From assembly GCA_045536125.1 (NCBI GenBank), contig JAZSMX010000161.1, positions 1-47,410 on the forward strand: a stretch of DNA of 47,410 nucleotides. The letters are read 5' to 3'. This document shows positions 1-10,130 of this stretch, one piece after another; the stretch's first letter is position 1; every line of letters starts with the position of its first letter. A program made the position numbers and the translations under genes. The notes below the pieces were generated by a model that was given only the letters and a program-made list of their open reading frames with translations, was not told the DNA's origin and made no database searches. Origin of the DNA: Eubacteriales bacterium (GTDB lineage Bacteria; Bacillota; Clostridia; Oscillospirales; CAG-272).

Positions 1-110
1 ACACACTCAAAAAACAAGGATTTTGACGATCCTCTTTTTGTCGTACTCTTTTTTGCCTCGTTTCGGGGCTTTTTTCTTTACTTCGGCAAAATCTTTTTCT
101 GATACACAAA

Positions 111-155
111 AAAAGAACTGCCTCAAATGCTTTTTATCGCACTTGAGACAGCCCC
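111..155 (-). terminator. Intrinsic terminator of the GH/DUF5662 unit
   Basis: Arms ctgcctcaaatgc (118-130) and gcacttgagacag (139-151) pair with G-U wobbles on the minus strand and are followed by a U-run, just after the stop at 163. Confidence 0.65.
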
Positions 156-162
156 TTTCGTT

Positions 163-732
163 TTACAATCGATCCTCTTCCGCATTCACTTCTTTTCCGT
201 ACGAAGCATCGTTGCGGATTGCCTTCAAATGGGCAAAGGCAGCCTTTTCCCCTTCACTTGCCAAAAGCCGTAACCATTCCTCCAAAAGATCCGCGGTATC
301 GGAAGACATTTTCCGTCTTGCGTTCCCCCTCAAAAAATATTCGAGCGGTTGCGTGTCCGCATACTCCTTCCCCTTGTAGATTTTGCTTGCCGCAACACGG
401 TCGCAAAACATCTCCTTGACGTAACGCAGTGGCATTTTTACAGGCTCGTACATTTTTGACTTCGGGTTGAGATCATTCCAATATTCGAAATGATGACGGT
501 TTCTCCCTTTATGATGCATCCATGCCAGCGAATAGCCGAGAGCTTCTCGTTCCCCCTCGTTTGGGCTTCGAGTTCCCTCATAGTACCGCGCACCGGGAAT
601 AAATTCGGAGGGCGAATACTTGGAAAGGTCGTGGAACAAGCCTTGCCAACCGATGCCCGCCCGAAAGCAATGCGAAATAACCTTATGGCGGTGCTTGGTA
701 ACAGTGCGAAAATGCAAAAACGGATGTGCCAT
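163..732 (-). CDS. DUF5662 family protein (HD-like putative metal-binding protein)
   Basis: 189 aa; motifs HDLSKYSPSEF, AWMHHKGRNRHHFEYW and EMFCDRVAASKIY typical of this clostridial family; GGAG-like RBS upstream. Confidence 0.75.
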   Translation of the reverse strand: MAHPFLHFRTVTKHRHKVISHCFRAGIGWQGLFHDLSKYSPSEFIPGARYYEGTRSPNEGEREALGYSLAWMHHKGRNRHHFEYWNDLNPKSKMYEPVKMPLRYVKEMFCDRVAASKIYKGKEYADTQPLEYFLRGNARRKMSSDTADLLEEWLRLLASEGEKAAFAHLKAIRNDASYGKEVNAEEDRL

Positions 733-763
733 ATCCTATCCCTCTCCTTTTTTCAACAAAAGT

Positions 764-2845
764 TCATTCCTCGATTTTGTAGATACGCGTTTCAAACTCT
801 TCCATTTCAATATCCGTATAAATACCGTTGAAAAGGAAGGGCTGTTCCCCTGTTTCCGTATCGGTAAGAGCACGGATACGGCAAGGAAAACAAATACGCT
901 TCTCTCCTGCACTGCGTGCATGAATTGCTACGTAATTTCCTCCCGCATAAATAATATCACCCTTCCGCGTGTAAACGTGTGCACCGGCAAGTGTTGCGAT
1001 TTCGCGCATAAGATCGCTTGAAAGACATGGAAGCGTGCTGACAATCTCGCGGTAGCCATCTCTCTCAAACGCCATAACCGACGGCTTGTGATCATCAGCA
1101 AAGAATGCCAAAGGATACCCTTCTTTCAGCGTTTTTTCCGAAAAGCGTGCACACGCAACTGCCTCGTCGGGAAATGCTTGCCCTTTGAATATCCCCTGTG
1201 ATTTTGGGGCATACGGGTCGTACACAGTCTCCGCCCCTGTCAGATCGTCGGGGGTAAATTGACACCAAAGCAGGGTTCTTCCGTTTTTGCGAAGCTTTTC
1301 ATCAATTGCACAGCAAATCTCCTTCGACGGAGACAAAAAGCTCGACAAAATAATCAAGCGGTACTTGTCCGCATCAAACGAATCACACAAAAGATCCTTT
1401 GCCTCCAGCATATCCACCGGTACGCCCATACGGGAAATCTCGTCGATCTGGCGCTTGTTGATATATTCCGCCGGGGGATCGTTTCTCTTCATATGGAATA
1501 CACCCGTTTCATCTACGATAAATGCCACGTCACGGTGAAGAGGTGCCGAGGTTCGCTCTTTCATACAAAGGCAAAAATCCGAAAACAACCCCATCACGTC
1601 GGGATCGTCAAATGCACCGCCAAACATATCAAACCACCAAACGGAAACTCCCTCAGTCAGCACGCGTGCAATCGCTTTTTTTACAGCAGAGAAGGTCAGT
1701 GCCTTGCTGTCAAGAGGTTTCCAAACAGGCGTTTTGTAGTAGTTGTTTTTGGAAACGACGTGTGGCAGCATCTCCCCTAAAGGGCGTGTGAGATGCGTAC
1801 GGATATCTCCTTCGCAGAAAAAGAGCTTTCCGTGCAATGCGGCACTCGTAAGCGTTGCATTGTTCGACCATGCACCTCCCGGCTCGGGATGATTCCCCGT
1901 TGCCGCGATGAAATCCACGTATTCGGAGTCAAGCACCCGTGAGAGTGCAAAATGTCCTTTGTCGGGATGGATCAAGAAAATATTGTAACCGTAAAACGCC
2001 CCTGCTAGCCGTGTGGATGCCGAATGCTCCTTGACCGTTTTGCAAAAACAAACGATGGCATCGGCAAAGGTATCATTGGTATAGGCATAAAAATCAATAA
2101 CGTTTTGTTCGCGTTCTTCATCACGCAGCACACCGCGCAAGGAATAACAACGTTCAAGAACACTTGGAATTTTGACGTCGTAAAAGGATGCAAGCGTTCT
2201 CCCCCAAGCCAAACTTAATTCCTTGACGTCTTTATATTTTTCCTCAAGCCATCTGACAAAGCCTTGGCGGTTGACCTCGGAATAATCCAGGCGGAAGATT
2301 TCCCCCTCGTAGCATTCCGGAGTCCACTCCTCTGTGCCCCCTGCGGCAATGTGATATCCTACCACACATTCCTTCCATTTGGAGGCTGCAATATGATCCA
2401 TCAAAGCTCGCAAAGCGCAGGATGCATCCTCTCTCCATTTTTTTGAGGCAAAGGACTGGCGAAGCAATACGCCTTTGTCGTCCATACAGCGCTCCGTCGG
2501 ATATTTTTCCTCCCACCAAGTGGGAACGTCCAAAAACACACGGGGGAAAATGTACATTTCATTTCCCTTGGGGCAGATCAATTCAAGATCATGATCGACC
2601 TGTGAAAAATCGTATGCTCCTTCCCCTACCCAAAAATGCTTTGTCATAGGGAAAAGCCCCGCAAAATCATTGATACCGTGATCGGGTGCGTAGGCGCCAA
2701 AGCTTGCAAAACGCACTCCTGCCCTTCTAAACTCGGAAAAGATACGCGCATCGGGGCGATAGGTCATAAAAGCCGTAGGCTCCAAGATTTCTCCGTTTAC
2801 GTCAATTTTTACAAACCCGTCACGAATCACTGTTTTTGCATACAT
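764..2845 (-). CDS. Beta-galactosidase-like glycoside hydrolase (GH42/GH-A clan-like)
   Basis: 693 aa from ATG 2845 (RBS GGGAG); WVGEGAYDFSQVD, SFASKKW, YHIAAGGTEEW, AGAFYGY, FFCEGDIRT resemble TIM-barrel GH-A enzymes; substrate unknown. Confidence 0.6.
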   Translation of the reverse strand: MYAKTVIRDGFVKIDVNGEILEPTAFMTYRPDARIFSEFRRAGVRFASFGAYAPDHGINDFAGLFPMTKHFWVGEGAYDFSQVDHDLELICPKGNEMYIFPRVFLDVPTWWEEKYPTERCMDDKGVLLRQSFASKKWREDASCALRALMDHIAASKWKECVVGYHIAAGGTEEWTPECYEGEIFRLDYSEVNRQGFVRWLEEKYKDVKELSLAWGRTLASFYDVKIPSVLERCYSLRGVLRDEEREQNVIDFYAYTNDTFADAIVCFCKTVKEHSASTRLAGAFYGYNIFLIHPDKGHFALSRVLDSEYVDFIAATGNHPEPGGAWSNNATLTSAALHGKLFFCEGDIRTHLTRPLGEMLPHVVSKNNYYKTPVWKPLDSKALTFSAVKKAIARVLTEGVSVWWFDMFGGAFDDPDVMGLFSDFCLCMKERTSAPLHRDVAFIVDETGVFHMKRNDPPAEYINKRQIDEISRMGVPVDMLEAKDLLCDSFDADKYRLIILSSFLSPSKEICCAIDEKLRKNGRTLLWCQFTPDDLTGAETVYDPYAPKSQGIFKGQAFPDEAVACARFSEKTLKEGYPLAFFADDHKPSVMAFERDGYREIVSTLPCLSSDLMREIATLAGAHVYTRKGDIIYAGGNYVAIHARSAGEKRICFPCRIRALTDTETGEQPFLFNGIYTDIEMEEFETRIYKIEE

Positions 2846-2910
2846 AATGGTATCTCCCTGAATTTTATTGATTATGTCACAGAATGATTCCACCAATTCT
2901 CATCTTTTTT

Positions 2911-2939
2911 ATTATAGCACACCTCTCTTTTTGTGTCAA
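2911..2939 (-). promoter_or_regulatory. sigma-A promoter
   Basis: TTGACA-17-TATAAT with a TG extension on the minus strand. Confidence 0.8.
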
Positions 2940-2967
2940 TCTAAAACCGCAATTTCATGCAACTTCA

Positions 2968-3002
2968 AAAAAGCCGCCCTGCCGCAACCGACAGGGTGGC
3001 TT
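2968..3002 (-). terminator. Intrinsic terminator after spoIVA
   Basis: Minus strand aagccaccctgtcg-gttg-cggcagggcggc-TTTTT. Confidence 0.75.
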
Positions 3003-3041
3003 AAATCAATGCGGGGACACAGCTTCCTCATCAAGCACCGA

Positions 3042-4520
3042 TCACAAAAGAATACAGATCAACCCATTGCTTCCTTCATTGATGATTCTTTCAAGTGTTT
3101 CGGAAAGCTTTTTCCTCGATTCCTCCGGCATATGCTCCAATTTTGTATGAAGTCCCTCATTGATCAGCTCGTAAAGCGACTTTCCGAACATATTGGATTG
3201 CCATATACTTTTAGGATCCTCCTCGAATTCCTTGAGCAGATAACGCACAAGATCCTCCGATTGTTCCTCCGTCCCAACCATCGGATTGATCTCCGCCTCG
3301 ATATTCGCGCGAATCATATGAACGGACTGTGCTGCCGCGCGGAGCTTAACACCGTATCCTCCCGCTTGCTTGACGATCTGCGGCTCTTCCAAGCGCAGAT
3401 CCTCTACGTCGGGCATCACAATTCCATATCCCCCTGCATTGACCTCGTCAAGTGCCTCCGCAACCTTATCGTAACGCTCCTTCATCACGGAAAGCTCGCA
3501 CAGCAGTCCAATCAGCTCTCGCTCGTTTTCAACCGAAAATCCGCTCAGCTCACTGATCACCTCATAGTAAAGTCCTTTTCTCATCTGCAATTCAATCCAT
3601 GCTGTTCCCGTACCAAGATCCAGAACCTTGACTGTAGCTTCCCCTGTGTATTCATTTTCCTTCATTCCTTCGAACGCACCCCTGACGTCTCCCGCACGCT
3701 CTACCAGCTCCGCGCAGCGACAAAGAGACGCACGCACGGAAGCACGGATTCTGTGATCCTCCGAAAGCGCATCCATCCATTCAGGAACGCTGACCTTGAT
3801 TTCAGCGATTGGAAACTCTTCAAGCACAAGCCCGAGGATATGGCGAATATCCTCCGCATTCAGATCAAGACAACTGACAAGCGCCACAGGTACTCCGTAT
3901 TTTTCTTCCAGCTCAAGCGCCAGAGTCCCCGCGCTTTCAGATTCCGGATGTGCAGAATTAAGAATGATCGCAAACGGTTTTCCAAGCTCCTTCAGCTCTT
4001 TCACAATCCGCTCTTCCGCTTCGATATAGGCATCCCTCGGAATTTCTCCGATGGAACCGTCCGTCGTAACAAGCATTCCAATGGTAGAATGCTCCGTGAT
4101 CACCTTATGAGTTCCCATTTCCGCTGCCTCAACAAAGGGCATGGGCTCTTCTCTCCACGGTGTCCGTACCATACGCGGCTGTCCGTCCTCGATTGCTCCC
4201 ATTGCTTCGGGAATCAAATATCCTACACAATCAATCATTCGAACACGCATCTGTGCGTTATGATCCAAAACAACGGAAACCGCCTCTTCGGGAATAAATT
4301 TCGGCTCAGTCGTCATCACCGTTTTTCCCGCGGCAGATTGCGGAAGCTCATCCCGCGCACGATCCTTCGAATATCCTTCTCCGATATTCGGAAGCACGAC
4401 CTCTTCCATAAATCTCTTAATAAAGGTGGATTTTCCACTGCGAACCGGTCCTACAACTCCAACGTAAATGTCTCCGCCCGTCCGCTCGGCAATGTCCTTG
4501 TAAATTGAATGCTCCGGCAT
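3042..4520 (-). CDS. spoIVA: Stage IV sporulation protein A (spore coat morphogenetic ATPase)
   Basis: 492 aa; IYKDIAERTGGDIYVGVVGPVRSGKSTFIKRFM Walker A, MTTEPKF, C-terminal RIINEGSNGLICILL; GGAGG RBS. Confidence 0.97.
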   Translation of the reverse strand: MPEHSIYKDIAERTGGDIYVGVVGPVRSGKSTFIKRFMEEVVLPNIGEGYSKDRARDELPQSAAGKTVMTTEPKFIPEEAVSVVLDHNAQMRVRMIDCVGYLIPEAMGAIEDGQPRMVRTPWREEPMPFVEAAEMGTHKVITEHSTIGMLVTTDGSIGEIPRDAYIEAEERIVKELKELGKPFAIILNSAHPESESAGTLALELEEKYGVPVALVSCLDLNAEDIRHILGLVLEEFPIAEIKVSVPEWMDALSEDHRIRASVRASLCRCAELVERAGDVRGAFEGMKENEYTGEATVKVLDLGTGTAWIELQMRKGLYYEVISELSGFSVENERELIGLLCELSVMKERYDKVAEALDEVNAGGYGIVMPDVEDLRLEEPQIVKQAGGYGVKLRAAAQSVHMIRANIEAEINPMVGTEEQSEDLVRYLLKEFEEDPKSIWQSNMFGKSLYELINEGLHTKLEHMPEESRKKLSETLERIINEGSNGLICILL

Positions 4521-4550
4521 GATAAAACCTCCCGTATATCGCGTTGATAC

Positions 4551-4579
4551 AATATATGGGAGGTTATTATTTTTTAGAA
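4551..4579 (-). promoter_or_regulatory. sigma-E-like promoter of spoIVA
   Basis: Minus strand TTCTAAA...CATATATT (CTA-17-CATAnnnT); spoIVA is a known sigma-E gene. Confidence 0.6.
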
Positions 4580-4606
4580 CAAGCCTATTTTTGTTTTATC
4601 AGAAAA

Positions 4607-5260
4607 TCAGACAATCCCCTTGGGAAGCCCTGTCCGAGCATCTCCTTGATGTCCGTCATATCCGCACAAATGCACACGGTAAGTGCCATTCTCAAGATAA
4701 TCCACAACCGAAACGGAAGCATTGGAGCAAAACGCTACCTTGGAAAGCTCCTCGGGGGGATACCCTTCCCAACGCGCGCGCAAAAGACGGATCGGTGTGG
4801 CATGAGAAAAGACAGCAACGCATTTCCCCACGTTTTCTTTTGCAATACGATCCACTTCCCTGTAAATTCGCTCCGAAAGCTCAACCACACTTTCCCCTTC
4901 CTCGGGATGTGCGCGTCCGCAATCGGTGCGCCACATGTCGTAGCTTTTTGTGAAATCTCTCATGAGTGTTTCATAAGGAAGATTCTCCCAAGCCCCCGCA
5001 TAGATTTCGCGAAGCTCCTCACGCGGAATAATCGGAACGCCTTGCTCCTTTGCCGTCGGAATCGCGGTTTGCATCGCACGGGTAAGATCACTTGCATAGA
5101 TGGCATCGATCCGATACTCCGAAAGAAATTGTGCGGTTTTTCTCGCCTGCTCTTTTCCAAGCTCTGTCAAAACAGTGTCAGTGTGTCCCGCAAAGATGCG
5201 TTCAAGATTCGTCTTGCTCTGTCCGTGACGTACAAAAATCATTTTCGTCATTTTCATCAA
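4607..5260 (-). CDS. Histidine phosphatase family protein (phosphoglycerate mutase-like)
   Basis: FVRHGQS, IYASDLTRAMQTA, LREIYAGAWE, GES, VFSHATPI motifs. Confidence 0.9.
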   Translation of the reverse strand: MMKMTKMIFVRHGQSKTNLERIFAGHTDTVLTELGKEQARKTAQFLSEYRIDAIYASDLTRAMQTAIPTAKEQGVPIIPREELREIYAGAWENLPYETLMRDFTKSYDMWRTDCGRAHPEEGESVVELSERIYREVDRIAKENVGKCVAVFSHATPIRLLRARWEGYPPEELSKVAFCSNASVSVVDYLENGTYRVHLCGYDGHQGDARTGLPKGIV

Positions 5261-6438
5261 ACCTTCTTTCTTTTATGGAATAGCAAGGCTACAAAACAAA
5301 GCACGGGAAAGACCGTGGCAAACAAAAACGCCCACTTCAGATCTCCTTGCATCAGATCTGCGATCCCACCTGCCGCACTGGGACCGGAAAGGCATCCGAG
5401 ATCCCCCGCCATCGCAAGAACGGCAAACATGGAAATACCACCCATGGGGAAAGCTTCCGCGGCACGGCTCAAAATTCCGGGCCAAAAAACACCGACACTC
5501 AAGCCGCACAAAGCGCATCCGAAGAGTGCCAGGGCGGGGTGAGATGCAAAGGCTGCCAATAGGTAGGAAGCAGCACAGCCGATACACCCTGCCAGCATCA
5601 ATCTGTGAAGATTGATGCGTTCACTGAATTTTCCGTAGAGGGCACGTGCGCATCCCATCATCAAAGCGAACATGCAAGGACCTAAGAGATCCCCCACCGC
5701 CTTAGGAATTTTCAGTGCCGATTCCGCAAAAGCGCTGGACCATTGGCTCATGACCATCTCGCCGGCACCCGCACAAAGCATCATCAGAAGGAAAAGGAAA
5801 AACAAGGGCTTCCGAAAAAGATCGGAAAGTCCGAGAGCCCCCTCCTCGCAATCCCCGGGTAATTGATAAATCGGAACAACCATAAAAGCAATCGCCCCCA
5901 AAAGTGGGATGATCGCCCACAAAAAAGGTAGGTAGCGCCAGGAAAAATCAATATCAAAAAAATAAAAATAGAGTCCCGAGAAAAGAACTACCCCTGCCTG
6001 TCCCCAACAGTAAAAGGAATGGAGAAGGCTCATATTTCCCGATTTTTCATCCGTCGGACAAGCTTCCAGCAAAGGACTGATCAGCACCTCCGTAAAGCCG
6101 CCGCCAAGCCCCAGAAGCCCCACGGCAATCAAAAGTCCTATATACGGTGGAAGGAGAGACGGAAGCACGGAAAGACTGCAAAGACCAAGTACAACAAACA
6201 CGTGCGCAAGCACGGAAAAAAGGCGAAGGTTCATACGCCTTGAAAAGCGCGATGCAATCACGTCGATGGAAAGCTGCGTAAAAAAATTAAAAGCGATCAA
6301 TCCGCTAAGCTCGCCTACGGAAATTCCAAACTCCCTTTGAAACGTCAGATATAAGAGCGGAGCCAGATTGATGGATATTGCCTGTGTGATATAGCCGTTA
6401 TAGCACGCAAGCATCGTGGAACGGTGAGTCAACTTCAT
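5257..6438 (-). CDS. MFS transporter
   Basis: 393 aa with about 12 hydrophobic segments; MSLLHSFYCWG motif; stop overlaps the phosphatase start. Confidence 0.85.
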   Translation of the reverse strand: MKLTHRSTMLACYNGYITQAISINLAPLLYLTFQREFGISVGELSGLIAFNFFTQLSIDVIASRFSRRMNLRLFSVLAHVFVVLGLCSLSVLPSLLPPYIGLLIAVGLLGLGGGFTEVLISPLLEACPTDEKSGNMSLLHSFYCWGQAGVVLFSGLYFYFFDIDFSWRYLPFLWAIIPLLGAIAFMVVPIYQLPGDCEEGALGLSDLFRKPLFFLFLLMMLCAGAGEMVMSQWSSAFAESALKIPKAVGDLLGPCMFALMMGCARALYGKFSERINLHRLMLAGCIGCAASYLLAAFASHPALALFGCALCGLSVGVFWPGILSRAAEAFPMGGISMFAVLAMAGDLGCLSGPSAAGGIADLMQGDLKWAFLFATVFPVLCFVALLFHKRKKV

Positions 6439-6471
6439 TTTTACCTATAGCCCTCAATTTTTGATACTGAT

Positions 6472-6500
6472 ATTCTATCACAATCCGACATTTTTGTAAA
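6472..6500 (-). promoter_or_regulatory. sigma-A promoter of the MFS-phosphatase operon
   Basis: TTTACA-17-TAGAAT with a TG extension. Confidence 0.65.
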
Positions 6501-6658
6501 TAGGTATCCACAAAAAAACATTTTTCACCCTCGAAAAAAATGTGCGACATTTATGTCCATTGAAAATATCCACAAAAAAGCCGACTCAAATCAATTGAAA
6601 ATTCTAACTCATATGCTTTTTCACAAATTTTTTTGCTAATTTTCGTCACTATTGATTA

Positions 6659-6687
6659 TTTACAAAACATGGGAAATGATGTATAAT
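6659..6687 (+). promoter_or_regulatory. sigma-A promoter driving the candidate sRNA
   Basis: TTTACA (6659-6664)-17-TATAAT (6682-6687). Confidence 0.75.
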
Positions 6688-6693
6688 ATTATC

Positions 6694-6806
6694 TGCCGGT
6701 GAGCAAGCGCTCTCCGGGTTCCCCTTTATGCACACCGCATATACTCGGCGAAGTGTCAATCTTATGGCACCCCCCTCGCAGGAGTCACGGTGTGCAATTT
6801 TATTTT
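6694..6806 (+). ncRNA. Candidate structured small RNA or leader, about 110 nt
   Basis: Starts just after a -10 box; hairpin 6696-6717, single-stranded UUCCCCUUU linker, long imperfect hairpin 6729-6796, then a U-rich tail. Confidence 0.5.
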
Positions 6807-6818
6807 GCGGCCAAACTT

Positions 6819-6848
6819 GCATAAACGTATTTTCGGGAGTTGATAATA
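6819..6848 (+). promoter_or_regulatory. sigma-G/F-like promoter upstream of eno
   Basis: GCATA-18-GATAATA, the same geometry as the gpr promoter in this window. Confidence 0.4.
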
Positions 6849-6849
6849 G

Positions 6850-8211
<1,362 letters not shown>

Positions 8212-8245
8212 GAACAGCAAGCAACTCAATTTCCGCGTCCTCACA

Positions 8246-8289
8246 AAAATACCGCACACTGAAATTCCCAAATCAGTGTGCGGTATTTT
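8246..8289. terminator. Bidirectional terminator between eno and radC
   Basis: Perfect 17-bp inverted repeat aaaataccgcacactga / tcagtgtgcggtatttt. Confidence 0.85.
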
Positions 8290-8320
8290 GCATTTTACAA
8301 GCGAAGGATTTCCAAACTTC

Positions 8321-9118
8321 TTATTCCTTCCCTTGAATTTTGTTCAAAAGAGGCTCGAAACGATACGTTTCTTCATCCACGTCGTAAAAATGATCGTAAT
8401 CAAACGGAATGGTTCCGACCATACGGGAATCGCTTTCGATACAGCTTTTATTGTAGTACATTTTGATAATCGGAGAAAAACGGTTTTCCGCAACCACAAG
8501 ATGTTCAATCAGCGGAATGTCCACAAGTGCCAATCCGTCGCAAAGCTTCATGGTCATTGAAATGTCGCTCTCTGACGGAGTTGCAAGACCGTGCGGATGG
8601 TTATGCACAAGCACCACTCCCGAAGCCTTTTTGGAAAGCGCACGTTCAATGATCGCTCTGGAATGAAAGAATGCACTGCTGACCGAACCGTCGGCGACGG
8701 GAACACATTCGATGATCCCCATCCTATTATTGAAAAGGATCATAAACAGGCGTTCATGATCCAACCCGAAGAAGCGAGGCCATACGTAATCCGCGATTTT
8801 TCTCACGGTATCGTACTGTACCTCTTCCTCTACGTAGGAGGTAGCATACATGCGAACCGCCGCCTCAATCAGCTTGATCAGCATTGCCGCCGATTCACCG
8901 ACGCCCTTGACGGTGCGCAGCTCCTCGGGCTTTGCTTCAATCACACGGTTGAAGCTTCCGAAATGATCAATCAAAAGATGTGCGATTTCATTGGTATCTC
9001 CGCGAGGGATGGCATGGTAGAGCATCATTTCCAAAATTTCATGATCCGAAAAAGAATCGAATCCACCTGCGTAATAGCGGTTTCTCATGCGTTCTCTGTG
9101 ATTTTCGTGCATGGTCAT
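8321..9118 (-). CDS. radC: RadC family protein (HhH plus JAB/MPN domain)
   Basis: HENHRERMR, DHEILEMMLYHAIPRGDTN, VKGVGE, HNHPHG...PSESD JAB motif. Confidence 0.9.
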   Translation of the reverse strand: MTMHENHRERMRNRYYAGGFDSFSDHEILEMMLYHAIPRGDTNEIAHLLIDHFGSFNRVIEAKPEELRTVKGVGESAAMLIKLIEAAVRMYATSYVEEEVQYDTVRKIADYVWPRFFGLDHERLFMILFNNRMGIIECVPVADGSVSSAFFHSRAIIERALSKKASGVVLVHNHPHGLATPSESDISMTMKLCDGLALVDIPLIEHLVVAENRFSPIIKMYYNKSCIESDSRMVGTIPFDYDHFYDVDEETYRFEPLLNKIQGKE

Positions 9119-9139
9119 TCTCCTATCGGTTGATATAGT

Positions 9140-9958
9140 TTACTTGCGTTTCAGTTTCCCGACGACCTGGCCCTTGCATTGGATATCGGAAAAATCCTTT
9201 AACAGAATGGGAGGATATTCGGAGTTGAGAGACAGCAATCTGTCACCTCCGTAAGCCTTGAAGAAGCCGCATCCGTCCAAAAGGAAGATTCCAAGCTCTC
9301 CAACGTCTACACCGTCCGTTTCCTTGACAAGAAGCACGTCTCCGTCATGATACTTCGGCTCCATACTGTTTCCGCTGATGCGAAGCGCATAATCCGCTTC
9401 CGCCGTTTTCTCCGTATTCGGAATGCTGATGCTTTCAGCCGCCGTTTCATCAAGATAAACACCGACACCCGCGGAAACGGGAAGATCGTAAAGAAGGATC
9501 GAACGTTTTTCCGTACGTGCAGGAGACGCCGCATAACGTCCGCGAGATACCGCAGTCCGCAAAATACGCGTGCCTTCTCCCTGCTCCTTTTTGTGAGAAG
9601 CAGCATGCGTCTCCTCCTGCAAGGCGACACCGACGCGCGCAGCTTCCATCGAAATGACCGTCTCTACAAGCTCCTTCCCGAAGCGATCCAAAAGGCGGTA
9701 TTCTTCAATCAGACGGATTTCCTCTTTTCCAAGCGTATAATTGTTTGTGTTTTCCGGAGTACCGCTGACAATGTATTCCAGACTGCAATCCAACGCACTG
9801 CAAATTGCTACAATATTGGAAAGCTTCGGAGAGTCACTCATTCCCGCCAAGATCTTACTCAACGTGCCAAGCGGAATTCCCGACAGCTCCGACAACTGAT
9901 CGTTTGTCATTTTTCTTTCATTTTTTAAAAGCTTTATACGGTCCAAATAAGTTTCCAT
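9140..9958 (-). CDS. XRE-HTH plus S24 peptidase repressor (LexA/CI/HdiR-like)
   Basis: N-terminal HTH (MTNDQLSELSGIPLGTLSKI), Ala-Gly autocleavage site (VSAGVG), catalytic Ser (GNSMEP) and Lys (GFFK). Confidence 0.9.
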   Translation of the reverse strand: METYLDRIKLLKNERKMTNDQLSELSGIPLGTLSKILAGMSDSPKLSNIVAICSALDCSLEYIVSGTPENTNNYTLGKEEIRLIEEYRLLDRFGKELVETVISMEAARVGVALQEETHAASHKKEQGEGTRILRTAVSRGRYAASPARTEKRSILLYDLPVSAGVGVYLDETAAESISIPNTEKTAEADYALRISGNSMEPKYHDGDVLLVKETDGVDVGELGIFLLDGCGFFKAYGGDRLLSLNSEYPPILLKDFSDIQCKGQVVGKLKRK

Positions 9959-9971
9959 GGCAACCTCCGTT

Positions 9972-10115
9972 TTCCGATTACGGCATCATTATATCACATT
10001 TATTTCGCATTGTAAATAGTTTTTTGAAAAAATTTTTCTTTTTTTGGAAAAAAAGTATTGACAAACCGTTTTTTATCTGTTATAATGTCGTCACAGGAAA
10101 ATTCCAATAATGGAA
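9972..10115. promoter_or_regulatory. Back-to-back sigma-A promoters with three TTCC-N6-GGAA-like operators
   Basis: Minus TTTACA-17-TATAAT (10016-9988); plus TTGACA-17-TATAAT (10058-10086); palindromes at 9972-9985, 10036-10049 and 10102-10115. Confidence 0.7.
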
Positions 10116-10130
10116 CAACGGAGGACTGTT

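Noticed and set aside
2868-4508. 546-aa plus-strand ORF
   Set aside because: Antisense shadow of spoIVA; no RBS or recognisable motifs
6480-6735. Replication origin suggested by DnaA-box-like 9-mers
   Set aside because: Few boxes, mostly mismatched, and no dnaA/dnaN/rpmH context
6660-6810. Fluoride, purine or rpsB-leader identity for the RNA upstream of eno
   Set aside because: Only short fragments match (GGAAAUGAUG, UAUGGCAC); the conserved cores and stems of those families are absent
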